From the NCBI GenBank assembly GCA_963779615.1, contig CAVZZA010000004.1, positions 160,001-224,000 on the forward strand: a DNA stretch of 64,000 nt, written 5' to 3'. A program made the translations under genes and the position numbers. Source of the stretch: an uncultured Nitrososphaeraceae archaeon. GTDB taxonomy: Archaea > Thermoproteota > Nitrososphaeria > Nitrososphaerales > Nitrososphaeraceae. Position 1 is the stretch's first letter; every line of letters begins with the position of its first letter. Under the pieces are notes generated by a model. The model was given only the letters and a program-made list of their open reading frames with translations. It did not search any database and was not told where the DNA came from. Shown here in pieces: positions 32,564 to 43,374 of this stretch.

Positions 32564-33409
32564 ATGAGCGAAAATACCATATGTATAAAAACTCAGGAAA
32601 AAATTCTAAGCAACATAAACAGGTTTCCCTCTTTCTCGATAATTGTTCCAACATTTAACGAAGCCCAGAATATTTTGGATTTGATTGACTCTATAAAAAA
32701 CAGCATCAGTAGGGCAAATTATTATGAGTTGATAATAGTTGACGATAATTCACCCGATGGAACAACGAATAAAATCATCGATTCCTTCAATGAGTCAAAT
32801 GGATTCACCATTTACAATATAGAAGGTTTCACGGATAACAATTCAGATAAAAGTTTTTTGATTTTTCCCAGCCATAGCAGTTTTAATTTTTTTATAAAAG
32901 TCATTATAAGAAATGAAAAATTTGGGTTAATATCAGCTATTCATGACGGAATTAAATCCTCCATCAGCAAGTATATCATAATAATGGATGCGGATTTATC
33001 TCACTCTCCATCTTACCTAAATATTTTGCTTCAAGAAATTAAAAATTCTAAAAGCGACCTTGTAATAGCATCAAGATACCTAAAGGATGGCAAGATACTG
33101 GGCTGGACAAAGAAAAGAATTTTCTACAGCAAGGCTGCCACTTTTATTTCAAAGTCTCTCTTTAAACTAAACAACATAACGGATCCCATGTCTGGATTTT
33201 TTATTATAAAAAGGGACATCATTAAGAATATGAAATTTAACACATCTGGATATAAAATTTTGTTGGAAATACTGGTGAAGTCAAAAAACATCAAAAGTAA
33301 GGAAATACCCTATACATTTATTAATAGAAAAAACGGCTCTAGTAAACTCAGTTCAAGGGTTGTGATTGATTTTTTTAAGGCTCTGGTAATACTTTATAAT
33401 CGCACGTAG
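32564..33409 (+). CDS. GT2 polyprenol-phosphate mannose synthase-like glycosyltransferase
   Basis: VPTFNE, VDDNSPDGT, MDADLSH, ASRY, DPMSGFF, GYKILLE. Confidence 0.9.
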   Translation: MSENTICIKTQEKILSNINRFPSFSIIVPTFNEAQNILDLIDSIKNSISRANYYELIIVDDNSPDGTTNKIIDSFNESNGFTIYNIEGFTDNNSDKSFLIFPSHSSFNFFIKVIIRNEKFGLISAIHDGIKSSISKYIIIMDADLSHSPSYLNILLQEIKNSKSDLVIASRYLKDGKILGWTKKRIFYSKAATFISKSLFKLNNITDPMSGFFIIKRDIIKNMKFNTSGYKILLEILVKSKNIKSKEIPYTFINRKNGSSKLSSRVVIDFFKALVILYNRT

Positions 33410-33476
33410 ACCAGTCCAGGCTGCTTTATTCACAACTAGATAACTCACGAGACGCCAATTTAAAATAATTCAACAT

Positions 33477-34439
33477 GTGATAAATTTTATGTTAAAATTT
33501 GAAAAAATTATCTCACTTTTGCCTAGTGCCACAGAAATAATATTTGCATTAGGGCTCGAAGATAGATTGAAGGGTGTCACACATGAATGCACCTACCCTA
33601 CAGGAGCATTAAACAAACCCAAAATTATTGAGCCTTCATTTGATGTAAAAAATTTAGACAGCACAGAGATTGATAAAAAAATTAAAGAGATGTCCTTTAA
33701 TGATCAGCCAATATTTACCCTAAATCCAGAAAAAATCAAGGACATCAAACCAGATTTAATAATTAGCCAAGATATTTGTGAGGTATGCGCCCCTTTTAAA
33801 AGGGAAATTCAACAAATTTATTCCTTTTTAGGCTACAGTCCAAGAAACATTAGCCTTAATCCTAAAAACATTGCTGGTATTTTTAACAGCATAACAATGA
33901 TAGGAAAAGAGGTAGGTAATTCTGAAAATGCCTTGAAAATAGTACAAGAATTAACCAAAAGAGTCGAGTTTATAGGGGAAAAGATAATGAGTTCGAGTCT
34001 TGCCACTAGAATAAAAAAACAAAAAATTATTTGTTTGGAATGGGTTTCTCCATTTTATGTAGCTGGACACTGGATCCCGGAAATGGTGGAAATCGCAGGC
34101 GGAATTAATGGAATTTCAAAGAAGGGCGATTCCTCCAGAATAATTTCACTTGATGAAATTATGGACTTTGACCCCAATAAGATTATTTTTATGCCCTGTG
34201 GTTTCGATATTGACAGAACTAAAAAAGAAGTAATGCTCTCAAACATTTTTAAAAACTGGAATTCATTAAGAGCGGTAAAGATGAATGAAATATATCTAGT
34301 TGATGCAGGTTCATATTTTAGCAAACCTGGCCCAAGGATTATCTCGGGCCTTGAGGTTTTGGCAAAAATCATTCACCCTGACCTATTTGATAGTTTAAAA
34401 GTTCCTCCCCGCAGTTACATAAGAATGGAAAATAGTTAA
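33477..34439 (+). CDS. BtuF-like cobalamin/iron-siderophore-binding protein
   Basis: IISLLPSATEI, GVTHEC, QDICEVCA, GHWIPEM, FSKPGPR. Confidence 0.85.
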   Translation: MINFMLKFEKIISLLPSATEIIFALGLEDRLKGVTHECTYPTGALNKPKIIEPSFDVKNLDSTEIDKKIKEMSFNDQPIFTLNPEKIKDIKPDLIISQDICEVCAPFKREIQQIYSFLGYSPRNISLNPKNIAGIFNSITMIGKEVGNSENALKIVQELTKRVEFIGEKIMSSSLATRIKKQKIICLEWVSPFYVAGHWIPEMVEIAGGINGISKKGDSSRIISLDEIMDFDPNKIIFMPCGFDIDRTKKEVMLSNIFKNWNSLRAVKMNEIYLVDAGSYFSKPGPRIISGLEVLAKIIHPDLFDSLKVPPRSYIRMENS

Positions 34440-35170
34440 TCGGGTATCATTGAATTTAAACCATCGACACAATACCCCTGTTGCACTAGATAGCAAATAC
34501 ATCCATTTTTAACACCTTTATCAACAAAGCTAACAGGATAGTGAGCATCGGATGTATTGGTAAATTTGCCATCTTTATTTGAAGTCATGGATTTAACAGG
34601 ATAAAAAATAATCGATTCTGAATCATCCGGATTGTCATTATGACCATACATCAAATTCGAAATCTCTATACCAAATCTTACCGGATACGGCCTATTGTCG
34701 ATTTTATTCCACCATTCTATGCCACTGAAACAGCTTGAGAAATGATACGAAAACGAACTTTCAGCAGTCAGATCTAAAACAAAAGTTTCATCTATTTCCG
34801 TATGTAAATTTTTTAAATAGTACTCAATTGACCGTTTTGATTTATCAAATTTGATTTGCCTTAGATAGTTATGTCCTGTATCAGGCAAAACTTTGATAAA
34901 CCGGTATTTGTTAAAACCGTTAAAAATTGCCTCAAAATAATTCTGGTCATCATATTGACTGATAAGGTTTAACTCTACTGCAATGTTTTGGGTGTTGAAC
35001 AACTCTAGCAAATAAAGCATCCAAGATCTATCCGGAATCTCGTTTTTAAAATCGCGGACAATCTTTATGTTGTCCGTGACAATGTTGAATTTGTGACAGT
35101 AGTCCAGGTAAAATTCTTGAGGATTGTTTATCGAACCCAACCAAAAATGCAATGATCTTGATATCGACAC
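34436..35170 (-). CDS. Hypothetical protein
   Basis: 244-aa ORF; no recognised motif. Confidence 0.75.
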   Translation of the reverse strand: MSISRSLHFWLGSINNPQEFYLDYCHKFNIVTDNIKIVRDFKNEIPDRSWMLYLLELFNTQNIAVELNLISQYDDQNYFEAIFNGFNKYRFIKVLPDTGHNYLRQIKFDKSKRSIEYYLKNLHTEIDETFVLDLTAESSFSYHFSSCFSGIEWWNKIDNRPYPVRFGIEISNLMYGHNDNPDDSESIIFYPVKSMTSNKDGKFTNTSDAHYPVSFVDKGVKNGCICYLVQQGYCVDGLNSMIPD

Positions 35171-35257
35171 CGGATATTTAAAAAAAACCTATATTGATTT
35201 ATGTTTTTTTTCATATTGTTCGTTAAAAAATTAAGGTAAAAACGGTTTTTTCCTCAT

Positions 35258-35998
35258 TTACCTATCCTGTTGTACAGGTCTTATCAGTATTTCATTCACA
35301 TTTACGTGATTTGGGGTCTGAAGAGCATACAGAATGGAGTTTGCAATATCGTCCGCCTGGAGTGGCTCCATTTTCTTTACATTCTCCAAAAAAGCGTTCA
35401 ACGATGTGTCCGTTATGGTATCGGTTAGTTCGGTAGCCACAACACCTGGCTCTACACATGTGACTCTGATATTATAGCGTATACTATATTCCTGGCGAAG
35501 GCCCTCACTGAATGCGGTGATGGCGTGTTTAGTCGCACAGTAAACACTGCCTGCAGGAAAAACAATTCTACCAGCCGTTGACGAAATATTTACAATATGG
35601 CCTGATTTGTTATTAGCCATAAATGGAATTACTGCAGCGGTACAGTAGAGCACTCCTTTGATGTTCACATCCACCATTCTGTCCCACTCATCGACTTTCA
35701 GGCTTTTAAAAAAACTAAGGGGCATTATTCCCGCATTGTTAACAAGAATATCAATATTTCCATACTTTTCATTAGCAATTTTTGCGAAATTATTGCATTC
35801 TTCTCTTTGGGTAACATCGAGTTTTTGGATGGTTATTTCGCCTCCCCGATTTTCTATAGCCTTTTTCAGCTCCTCCAGCCTTTCAACCCTTCTTGCCCCA
35901 GCTACAATTTTAGCCCCTTCCTTCGCAAGTGCGATTGCAGTTGAATATCCTATACCACTGCTGGCTCCTGTAATCAGTGCAGTTTTGCCTTTAATCAT
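35258..35998 (-). CDS. SDR family oxidoreductase
   Basis: TGASSGIG, NNAG, YCATK (YxxxK), PGVV. Confidence 0.95.
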   Translation of the reverse strand: MIKGKTALITGASSGIGYSTAIALAKEGAKIVAGARRVERLEELKKAIENRGGEITIQKLDVTQREECNNFAKIANEKYGNIDILVNNAGIMPLSFFKSLKVDEWDRMVDVNIKGVLYCTAAVIPFMANNKSGHIVNISSTAGRIVFPAGSVYCATKHAITAFSEGLRQEYSIRYNIRVTCVEPGVVATELTDTITDTSLNAFLENVKKMEPLQADDIANSILYALQTPNHVNVNEILIRPVQQDR

Positions 35999-36374
35999 CA
36001 GTAGTCCTGTTATGCAAAATATTGTTTAAATCTATCCATTCCTTTTTAAATTTGCTATAGCATTCTCTAATTTCAAATTCCATTATATCAGCAAATGCTA
36101 CTCAGGCGCATATTCACACAATCACACTTTAAAACAATGTATGGGTTTATCTTCCCATTGACGACCACCTTGAAAATAACTTATATACATTTAATCGTTA
36201 ATGTTTCAATAGTATCCTATAAAAGGACTCTTTCTCCCTACCAATATACCTTACATATGAATGCGATTGGAAACTCAACATAGAGCTACATAAATTATGT
36301 GATATCACGATCCTAATCGTTTTCTTTAATGTCAATAAAAAGGCTTAATAATTTTCCACCTAAATGTATTAATA

Positions 36375-36941
36375 ATGACATCTGGAAAATATTTTAATAA
36401 GGGCGTAAAAACCTTGGATGAGCCTAATGTTGGGTTTGTTGCGAGGGAAACCCCGGATAAAATTGTAATTTTTGGAGAAAAAAACGAAAGGTTTGATGTC
36501 CCAATAACAGAAATCCAACAAGTTGGTGCGAATGTTTTATTGGGTCTTAAATTTGAAGAACTCAAAAAATATGCCGTTCCTAGGAATTCTCCGCTTCCAT
36601 CAAGCAGAAAAGACCCATGGGAAGACCGTGATTCAGTCACCGATCTGGCCAGCTATGAAGGCAGGTATCCCAACTCTTTGTTTAACAAAGGGGTTAGAGC
36701 CAAAAATGAGGATGACGTTGGACACGTATTCAAAGAAACCAATGACAAAATTGTAGTGTTTGGGCAGTATAATCAAAGATTTGATATTCCCAAAAGTGAA
36801 ATTTACCAGGTTGGCATGAACGTTATCTTAAAGATAGACTTTCCGGAAATACACAAATATGCCGTTAACAAAGACAGCCCATTGCCTACAGGCGAGCCAC
36901 TACATGCTCTCAATGAAGAGGCTTACCCTGAAAAGAAATAA
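36375..36941 (+). CDS. Hypothetical protein with two tandem homologous domains (possibly PRC-barrel-like)
   Basis: FNKGV...VG.V..ET.DKIV.FG....RFD.P..EI.QVG.NV.L...F.E..KYAV...SPLP occurs twice. Confidence 0.82.
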   Translation: MTSGKYFNKGVKTLDEPNVGFVARETPDKIVIFGEKNERFDVPITEIQQVGANVLLGLKFEELKKYAVPRNSPLPSSRKDPWEDRDSVTDLASYEGRYPNSLFNKGVRAKNEDDVGHVFKETNDKIVVFGQYNQRFDIPKSEIYQVGMNVILKIDFPEIHKYAVNKDSPLPTGEPLHALNEEAYPEKK

Positions 36942-37230
36942 AATCACAAAAAACTCTTTTTTTTGAGTTGAAAGTTGTTTGAACGCTTTTGAATCATATT
37001 AAGAGATAACAAATTTGGAATAATAAAAGGTCGATACTTATTACAGTAATTGCCAAATCAACTTGCTTTTAAATTTCCAAATGGCATTTGCTTAAAAAAT
37101 ACCCTTTTTTTAGATGATTTGCTAATTTATCTGGCCAAAGTGTGAGTTTTAACCCTGCAAAATCAATAGAAGAATCATTAGATCCATTCAATTAAACATT
37201 TTATTAATCATAGGGAAAATGTAATATCGA

Positions 37231-38265
37231 ATGATTGAAGATACAGTTTTAATAGTTAATCCAAACTCAAATAGTGGACTAACAGGCAAAAATTGGGATT
37301 CTATTTTTCATACGCTTTGTGAATTTTTCGGAGATAATATTGAAGTTGTTTTTACAAAAAAAGAGGGAGACGGTACCGCATTGGCTAGAGATTACCTAAA
37401 GAAGGGCTTTAAAAACATTATGCCAATAGGGGGAGACGGCATGATAAACGAGGTGGCGAACGGTTTTTTTGAGGAGGACTTCGAAGACCATCAGGTTGGT
37501 TTGAATGCGGATACTGATTTTTTACCTCCTTTGACCCTAAAACCAATAAACTCAAAATCTACAATGACAGTACTGCCCTCTGGAACAAGAAATGTATTGA
37601 TCCAGTCACTAAGCTTACCTAATGATTTTGAAGAGTGCTGCAAAATTTTAGCTAGCTGCAAAACTTCAAAAAAAATCGATGTCATTGCTGCTCTTGTCAC
37701 AGATCCCGAAAATCCTTCAAAAAGCATAAAGAGAGTTTTTCTTAACGCCGCGGAGATAGGCATAGGCGCGGAGATAATCAGCAAGGCAAAAGACATGAGA
37801 AAAAAGGTAAATAGCAGGCTTTTATCCACGATAGCCGGAATAGCTACTACCATACCGACCTACAAAAGCAACATTTGCGAAATCACCATAGGCTCGGATA
37901 AGGAGGGTGGCAAAATGGATGATAAAATTATTACCAAAATGACAATGGGAATCATAGCTAATGGCAGATTCCTAGGGGGAGGGGTTCAAGCTGCAACAAA
38001 AGCCACCATGGACGATGGTTTGTTGGATATAGTCATAATAAAGGATTCAGATGGCCTTGCCTTTTTGAAAGAGGCCATTAATATGAAAAATGATGATCCT
38101 TCTACAACAGAGGTAGGGGAAAACATTTACTATAATCAATCAAAGAATGTCTCATTGATATCTAAAGAGGAAAAAGATGTTATTGTTACAATGGATGGTG
38201 AACCAATTGGAGAATTACCAGCATTCTTCAAGGTATTTCCAAGCTTTCTCAGTATAAGGATTTAA
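37231..38265 (+). CDS. Diacylglycerol/lipid kinase family protein
   Basis: IVNPNS, GGDGMINEVANG, PSGTRN, NGRFLGGG, DDGLLD, DGE. Confidence 0.92.
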   Translation: MIEDTVLIVNPNSNSGLTGKNWDSIFHTLCEFFGDNIEVVFTKKEGDGTALARDYLKKGFKNIMPIGGDGMINEVANGFFEEDFEDHQVGLNADTDFLPPLTLKPINSKSTMTVLPSGTRNVLIQSLSLPNDFEECCKILASCKTSKKIDVIAALVTDPENPSKSIKRVFLNAAEIGIGAEIISKAKDMRKKVNSRLLSTIAGIATTIPTYKSNICEITIGSDKEGGKMDDKIITKMTMGIIANGRFLGGGVQAATKATMDDGLLDIVIIKDSDGLAFLKEAINMKNDDPSTTEVGENIYYNQSKNVSLISKEEKDVIVTMDGEPIGELPAFFKVFPSFLSIRI

Positions 38266-38317
38266 AACAACAGATGTGAAATAAAACGTTTATTCAGGTT
38301 TTTAAAACAGAACTTGA

Positions 38318-38984
38318 GGCTCTTCATTTAGAAATAGTTCATCTTTATGAAGATTTGCAAATAGATTCAACCAATTGACTACATGCTTTAAGTTGCATTT
38401 CTTTTTTTGTCATGGAAAATTATCGTCAAAGCATTCGGTCCTGTCCATTAAGACTGCATGTTTCTTTCAACAACGCTTTTCTCGTAGGTGGAATGAAGAT
38501 AATGCTTCAGTTTCAAAAACAGACAAGCAAGCTTGTGTATACCATATGCCACCATTTGTTGAGACTGGATGTTGGCCACGTTCGTCCACAATATCCGACA
38601 GAAGGTGCTCTGGAGCAAACGTGTTCCGTTCCTTTGATATGCCAGTTCCAATGATTTCATTACTTTCAAGGTCAATTGCGACCCAAAGCCATATTGATTC
38701 AGAACCAATTTTTATAACCGTCTCATCTATTACATGCTCTGAGACGTTCTTTTTCTTTGATGATATTTTTTGAGGATTGTACCTCTGGATCCAGTTCCAT
38801 ATGGAAACGTGATTCCTCTTAATGGAGCAGGATGGCGGTCTTTAAGATGTTCTTCTTAAAGATGGGCCTGAAAAGTAAAAATACAAACCATAGAGAATGT
38901 ACTCTGATGGTGTCCTGTTCCTGGTATCCACAAAGGGGATGTGACACCTTTAAGCTAAAGGATTTCCCTATAATGAACAGAGCT
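38318..38984 (-). mobile_element. IS6-family insertion sequence remnant (transposase pseudogene)
   Basis: Minus-strand reading RNRTPSEYILYGLYFYFSG..LRRTS*..RNHVSIWNWIQRY..IDETVIKIG..WLWVAID..EKSVVER; in-frame stop and frameshifts; imperfect terminal IRs (GGCTCT-TCATTTA at 38318, AGCTCTGTTCATTA on the minus strand from 38984). Confidence 0.82.
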
Positions 38985-39476
38985 GTGTTTGACTACTTTG
39001 ATAATAATTATGGAATGTATTTTAAGATGGCCATTATGGGAATTAGTTGTTAATTAACGTCACAAATACTCATTAAGGATTAATAGTGTGTAGTTTCGCT
39101 TAAATCCGGATATGGCTCTACCTGAATTAAGGTCGAAACTTGTCATTATTGGACCTATAGAAATTTGTAAACCTTTTTTTGTTCTTTTTAGTTACATTTA
39201 TTTTGTTGAGATATAAAAACAAAGATAAAAGTTATTTCCATTTGACAAACTTGTGCCATGAACCAAACAAGACAGATGCGCTATAAAGCCCATGGCTCAA
39301 TTTAATATTGTATAGTAAATTCAATTTAGCTCTAAATAATCAATATTATGTTTTTTTTAGCTGACTTTATACAAATATTAGGGAATTTTGTTTATGTTGT
39401 TATTTGAAATTAAAATCAAATAATTCGATAAAATGCATAACACAAGTTTTTTATATTTATGTTGTAACATATTTTT

Positions 39477-39701
39477 GTGTCTGAAGAAAAGGGTATAACA
39501 TACAATACACATTTTAGACAAGTTCCTGGCCTCGGTTTGGTGGCAGTTGTTCCAAAAGAATGGTTAAACAAAAAAGTTAGTTTTGAGTATGAAGAAAAAG
39601 AATTTGAAGCTGATGTGATGTATAGAGGAAAAAGATCCATTATCCGTTTGGACTATAAATCTTCTAGTGGTGGCCCTGTAACTGTAAAACTGCTAAATTA
39701 G
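39477..39701 (+). CDS. Small hypothetical protein
   Basis: 74 aa, GTG start, protein-like composition, upstream TTTTATAT box. Confidence 0.7.
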   Translation: MSEEKGITYNTHFRQVPGLGLVAVVPKEWLNKKVSFEYEEKEFEADVMYRGKRSIIRLDYKSSSGGPVTVKLLN

Positions 39702-39822
39702 ATATGGTAGTTGGGCTTTTGCATACCAATGAATTTGATTATGCTTTTTGTTAGAGCTTTTTTATCCTTTTTGACAAGTTCCTGGTTTATTTTATGAATT
39801 AAAGGTAAAGAGAATGCACAGA

Positions 39823-40182
39823 TTAGAGCAATTTTAAATGCCCTGTTAACCTGTCTAGTCTAGGAGATGTGTCAGGACCAAACCCGCAACAAGTAAGAGT
39901 GTTTGGTTCTATCTGTGTCTTTCCTGCATCCCTTATTGCTGTCGTTAAAATATTAAACTCCCTTGCTTTTTTCATTAAATCTATTAATTCCCTTTCGGAT
40001 TTTACCTTTAATACCGCTTTTCTCTGGTTTCCATGGTTAATCCAGTTATACATGTTATCAATGTTATTGTAAACAACAGAACTACACGCATGACCTACCT
40101 GGGCTGCAATTTTACCACAACCCATGTCTAAGTCTTTTCTAACCACTATGACAAATTTAACATCCTCTTTCGAATCCATCAT
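39823..40182 (-). CDS. pth2: Peptidyl-tRNA hydrolase Pth2
   Basis: VRKDLDMGCGKIAAQVGHA, DAGKTQIEPNT, TGHLKLL. Confidence 0.93.
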   Translation of the reverse strand: MMDSKEDVKFVIVVRKDLDMGCGKIAAQVGHACSSVVYNNIDNMYNWINHGNQRKAVLKVKSERELIDLMKKAREFNILTTAIRDAGKTQIEPNTLTCCGFGPDTSPRLDRLTGHLKLL

Positions 40183-40444
40183 TAATACAATTTCATATCA
40201 CTATTAAGAAGTAATAGTAAATTTTTTGATTGGATTTTTGATTGGATTCCATGCTCTGCTGTAATGGATGCATCCCACCGGTAAAAGAGCATTTTAAATT
40301 GAGTTGAACTAACTTGTCCACGAGTTGGCCAGGCACAAAAGGTTTCATTATCTCATTTTGAATAAATTTGCATGATGAACATAGTTTTATGAAACATTGA
40401 TAGAAAAATTTAATTGTTTTTGACACCAATACCAAATTATTGTA

Positions 40445-40849
40445 ATGCTGAAGATACAGCAATTTATAATAATAAATGATATATCCATATTTGGCTTATT
40501 AATTTTATTTTTTATTGGCTTTTTGGCCTATGATTATGAAGTCCTTGCTATAAAGGAGCCGTTCATAAAGATGCCAACGGACTATAAGTTTTTTTTTGAG
40601 TTTTTGCCATGGGTTTTACTTTTATTATTGATAATAGATCTTTATCTAAAGTACCAGTTATCCGAAGGAAACCCAAAATATTTCCTAAAAAAGTATTGGA
40701 CTGATATTTTGCTAACGATTCTCCTACCCATATTGTTCCCATTGAAGTATTTCAAAGTTACACTAAAAATCTACAAGTACTCAAAATTTGCCAAATCTGG
40801 CTTTAAGTTAATTCAAAAATACGATAAAATTTTCCGGTCGAAAAAATAA
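40445..40849 (+). CDS. Small membrane protein
   Basis: Three hydrophobic segments; YFLKKYWTDIL resembles ion-channel sensor-like segments. Confidence 0.7.
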   Translation: MLKIQQFIIINDISIFGLLILFFIGFLAYDYEVLAIKEPFIKMPTDYKFFFEFLPWVLLLLLIIDLYLKYQLSEGNPKYFLKKYWTDILLTILLPILFPLKYFKVTLKIYKYSKFAKSGFKLIQKYDKIFRSKK

Positions 40850-41230
40850 CCAATCCTTAATTTTTTTATGTTCATGTAACACAATTAATTGTTGATTTGT
40901 GGTATTGAAGTGGTAGAATAATTCTGCGATCGGGTACTATCGCTGTAAATCACTGCATTGAAACTGTAATGGATTCAACATGGCAATGTCTTAATTTGAT
41001 GGGGTGTAAATCAAGTTGAAAACCAATTGGTTTACTACAAAATCCATTAAGGAAACTTCTATTTTCATTTGGATAATAAAATATTTGTAATTGTCATTTT
41101 TTGTTACATATATAAACAAAATTGTTTCTGATGTTACCTAACATGATATTTATATAAAAGATACCTAAAAAAATATGTGAATACAAAAACAAATTTTGAA
41201 AAGGGTGAAATATGATCTAAAAAATATGAG

Positions 41231-41262
41231 TTATTTTATTTTATTTTATTTTATTTTATTTT
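41231..41262. repeat. (TTATT)6 microsatellite
   Basis: Read directly from the sequence. Confidence 0.9.
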
Positions 41263-41331
41263 AACATCGATCATCCGCATTCCCTTGCACAATAATAATA
41301 GATTTAAATAATCTAATGGAACCTCAACAAT

Positions 41332-41922
41332 ATGAGAAAAATTCCATCGCGTAAATCAATGACAGCACCGATTTTCCTTTCGTTGTTTGCAATTACAATT
41401 TTCTTGTTACTATCGTCAAATTACAACAATTACCAGTCTTTTGCACAGAAAGACAACTTTTTGGCATATAAAAATAATGCCACAGGAATTGAAATACAGT
41501 ATCCTTCTGATTGGATGAAAATTGAACAAGGCAAAAGCCCATTTGTTATACCCCCAGATGTACTTGTATTGCAACCACCAAATAATGACAGCTCAAATAC
41601 AATTCCAGCTACATTCAGAGTAGCTGTTCAAAATGTAAATACGACATTAGATACCTTTACTAACAGAACCATTGCATCGTTAATGGAAAATACACCTGGA
41701 GCCAAGATAATCGAATCCAATAAAACAACTCTTGCTGGAAACCCAGCACATAAAGTATTGGGCATGTTTAAGCAGGAAAACAAAGATATCAATGTAATAG
41801 ATGAATGGACCATCAAAAGCGAAAAACTTTATAGGATCACTTTTTATTCAGAACAAGGAAGTTATTCCAAATACCTGCCAACCACACAAAAAATGATTGA
41901 TTCATTTGCAATATTGAAATAA
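41332..41922 (+). CDS. Secreted PsbP/DcrB-like protein
   Basis: Signal-like N-terminus, YKNNATGIEIQYPSDW, TTLAGNPAHK, YLPTTQKMIDSF. Confidence 0.8.
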   Translation: MRKIPSRKSMTAPIFLSLFAITIFLLLSSNYNNYQSFAQKDNFLAYKNNATGIEIQYPSDWMKIEQGKSPFVIPPDVLVLQPPNNDSSNTIPATFRVAVQNVNTTLDTFTNRTIASLMENTPGAKIIESNKTTLAGNPAHKVLGMFKQENKDINVIDEWTIKSEKLYRITFYSEQGSYSKYLPTTQKMIDSFAILK

Positions 41923-42288
41923 CAATTAACAGTGTTCTGATTGAAAATCAGGCAATAATGACGATTATTTGCAATGATATAGCCATTGCCATTACTTTAT
42001 CCAAAAAATTTATTTTTTTAATGCTTAAAACAAATATGATATGCCAGTCCATTTGTAGTCCAAATTTACATCAAATTCAAATAAAGGTTGTTCACAACAT
42101 CCGCAACAACCGTCACATACTTCAATCAGAGATAAAACTTAAAGCTAAAATGGTCATTATCAAAATGGGCGGAGGATTGAGTCTAACCTTGATCCTGTAA
42201 AATTCATTCTCTATTTAACGATGAATAGGCTTAAAGATTGAAATGAGTTTTAGCCTGGCGTTATAACAACAGTAGTACCTTTGTGAAA

Positions 42289-42738
42289 TCAAATAAAATC
42301 TTTAACTTCCAGGGTGTCAAAGTCAGTCCAAATGTTATATCCTGTGAACACAAACACGTGAAAATGCAGGTGTGGGAGATATGTGTAGCCTGTCACGCCA
42401 ACCCTGGCTATCTCTTGGCCTGCGCGCACTTGTTGGCCCACCCGTACCCTTGCACTGCCAGGCTCAAGGTGGTCGTATCGTGAGTATTCTCCGTTTGGAT
42501 GCATAATTGTAATAAAATTCGCATAAAGCCAATATAGTGGACTAGGGCCTCCAACATTGAAATCGTCTTGGACAAAAATTACTTTTCCGTCTGCCGCAGC
42601 AAGGACCGGTGTATATCGCGAAGCAATTAGGTCAACTGCATTTCTAAGGCTCCCAAAATGTAACGGAGACTTTCGCTCTATTCTCTGCAGAGATTTTTTT
42701 GGTAATGGTAAATTATACCTGTTTTGAGTTATCATCAA
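42289..42738 (-). CDS. M23 family metallopeptidase (stand-alone catalytic domain)
   Basis: H...AVD, TPVLAAADGKV, YDHL, VGQQVRAGQEIARVGVTG, PHLHF. Confidence 0.92.
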   Translation of the reverse strand: MMITQNRYNLPLPKKSLQRIERKSPLHFGSLRNAVDLIASRYTPVLAAADGKVIFVQDDFNVGGPSPLYWLYANFITIMHPNGEYSRYDHLEPGSARVRVGQQVRAGQEIARVGVTGYTYLPHLHFHVFVFTGYNIWTDFDTLEVKDFI

Positions 42739-43229
42739 AAATATACGACGCCTTTTAAACTGGTTTGTTAAACTACTATAAAAGGAGTAAAAAACAAACA
42801 GTCGGCTGAACCTTTTTGTGGTTCGGTTCTAACTATTCATTCTTTTTTGTTGTTTTGGTGTGGTCTGTAAAGGAGGAGGAAGGGTTAGATGCATATGCAT
42901 TAGCATTTGAATTGGCTGTTGCATCCATATCTGTTGATGTTAGTCGTCTTAATTTTCTCAAATTTTTTTAGCTGTGTTTACGCCCATGTTTGATATGTGT
43001 CTTGAGTTGTCCTTTGCCTGTTGCATTAATGATTTCCCTGAATTCAAGTTTCAGAATATCATGTTGTTTGTAAGTTTGAATGCGGATACAATTTAGACCT
43101 ATGAGGAGTTTTTGCGATTGTTTGTGCTGAAGGGTCAAATGGTCGGATAGACGCAAAACTTCATCCTATCAGGGAAGCACTACCGGTAAATACGCAATTG
43201 CCTCTTTCCTTTATCGTGCAAATAACAGC

Positions 43230-43355
43230 ATGCAAAAGATTGGAGACAAACTGGTTTGCAACACTATAGAAAAAATCATAGACCATTCGAATGTGGCATT
43301 GGTGCTATGGGATGTGCAACGCGGATTTACAAAAAAATTATGGGTCAATAATTGA
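43230..43355 (+). pseudogene. N-terminal fragment resembling an isochorismatase/cysteine hydrolase
   Basis: MQKIGDKLVCNTIEKIIDHSNVALVLWDVQRGF followed soon by a stop; ALVLWDVQ resembles the first catalytic-Asp strand. Confidence 0.45.
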
Positions 43356-43374
43356 TAATGATAAAAATATGATT

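Noticed and set aside
42165-42190. ATGGGCGGAGGATTGAG as an alternative att remnant
   Set aside because: Similarity to the tRNA end is too weak.
42830-43156. Broken minus-strand ORF ending in an Ala/Asn/Ser-rich stretch
   Set aside because: Possibly a gene relic, but I could not assign any family.
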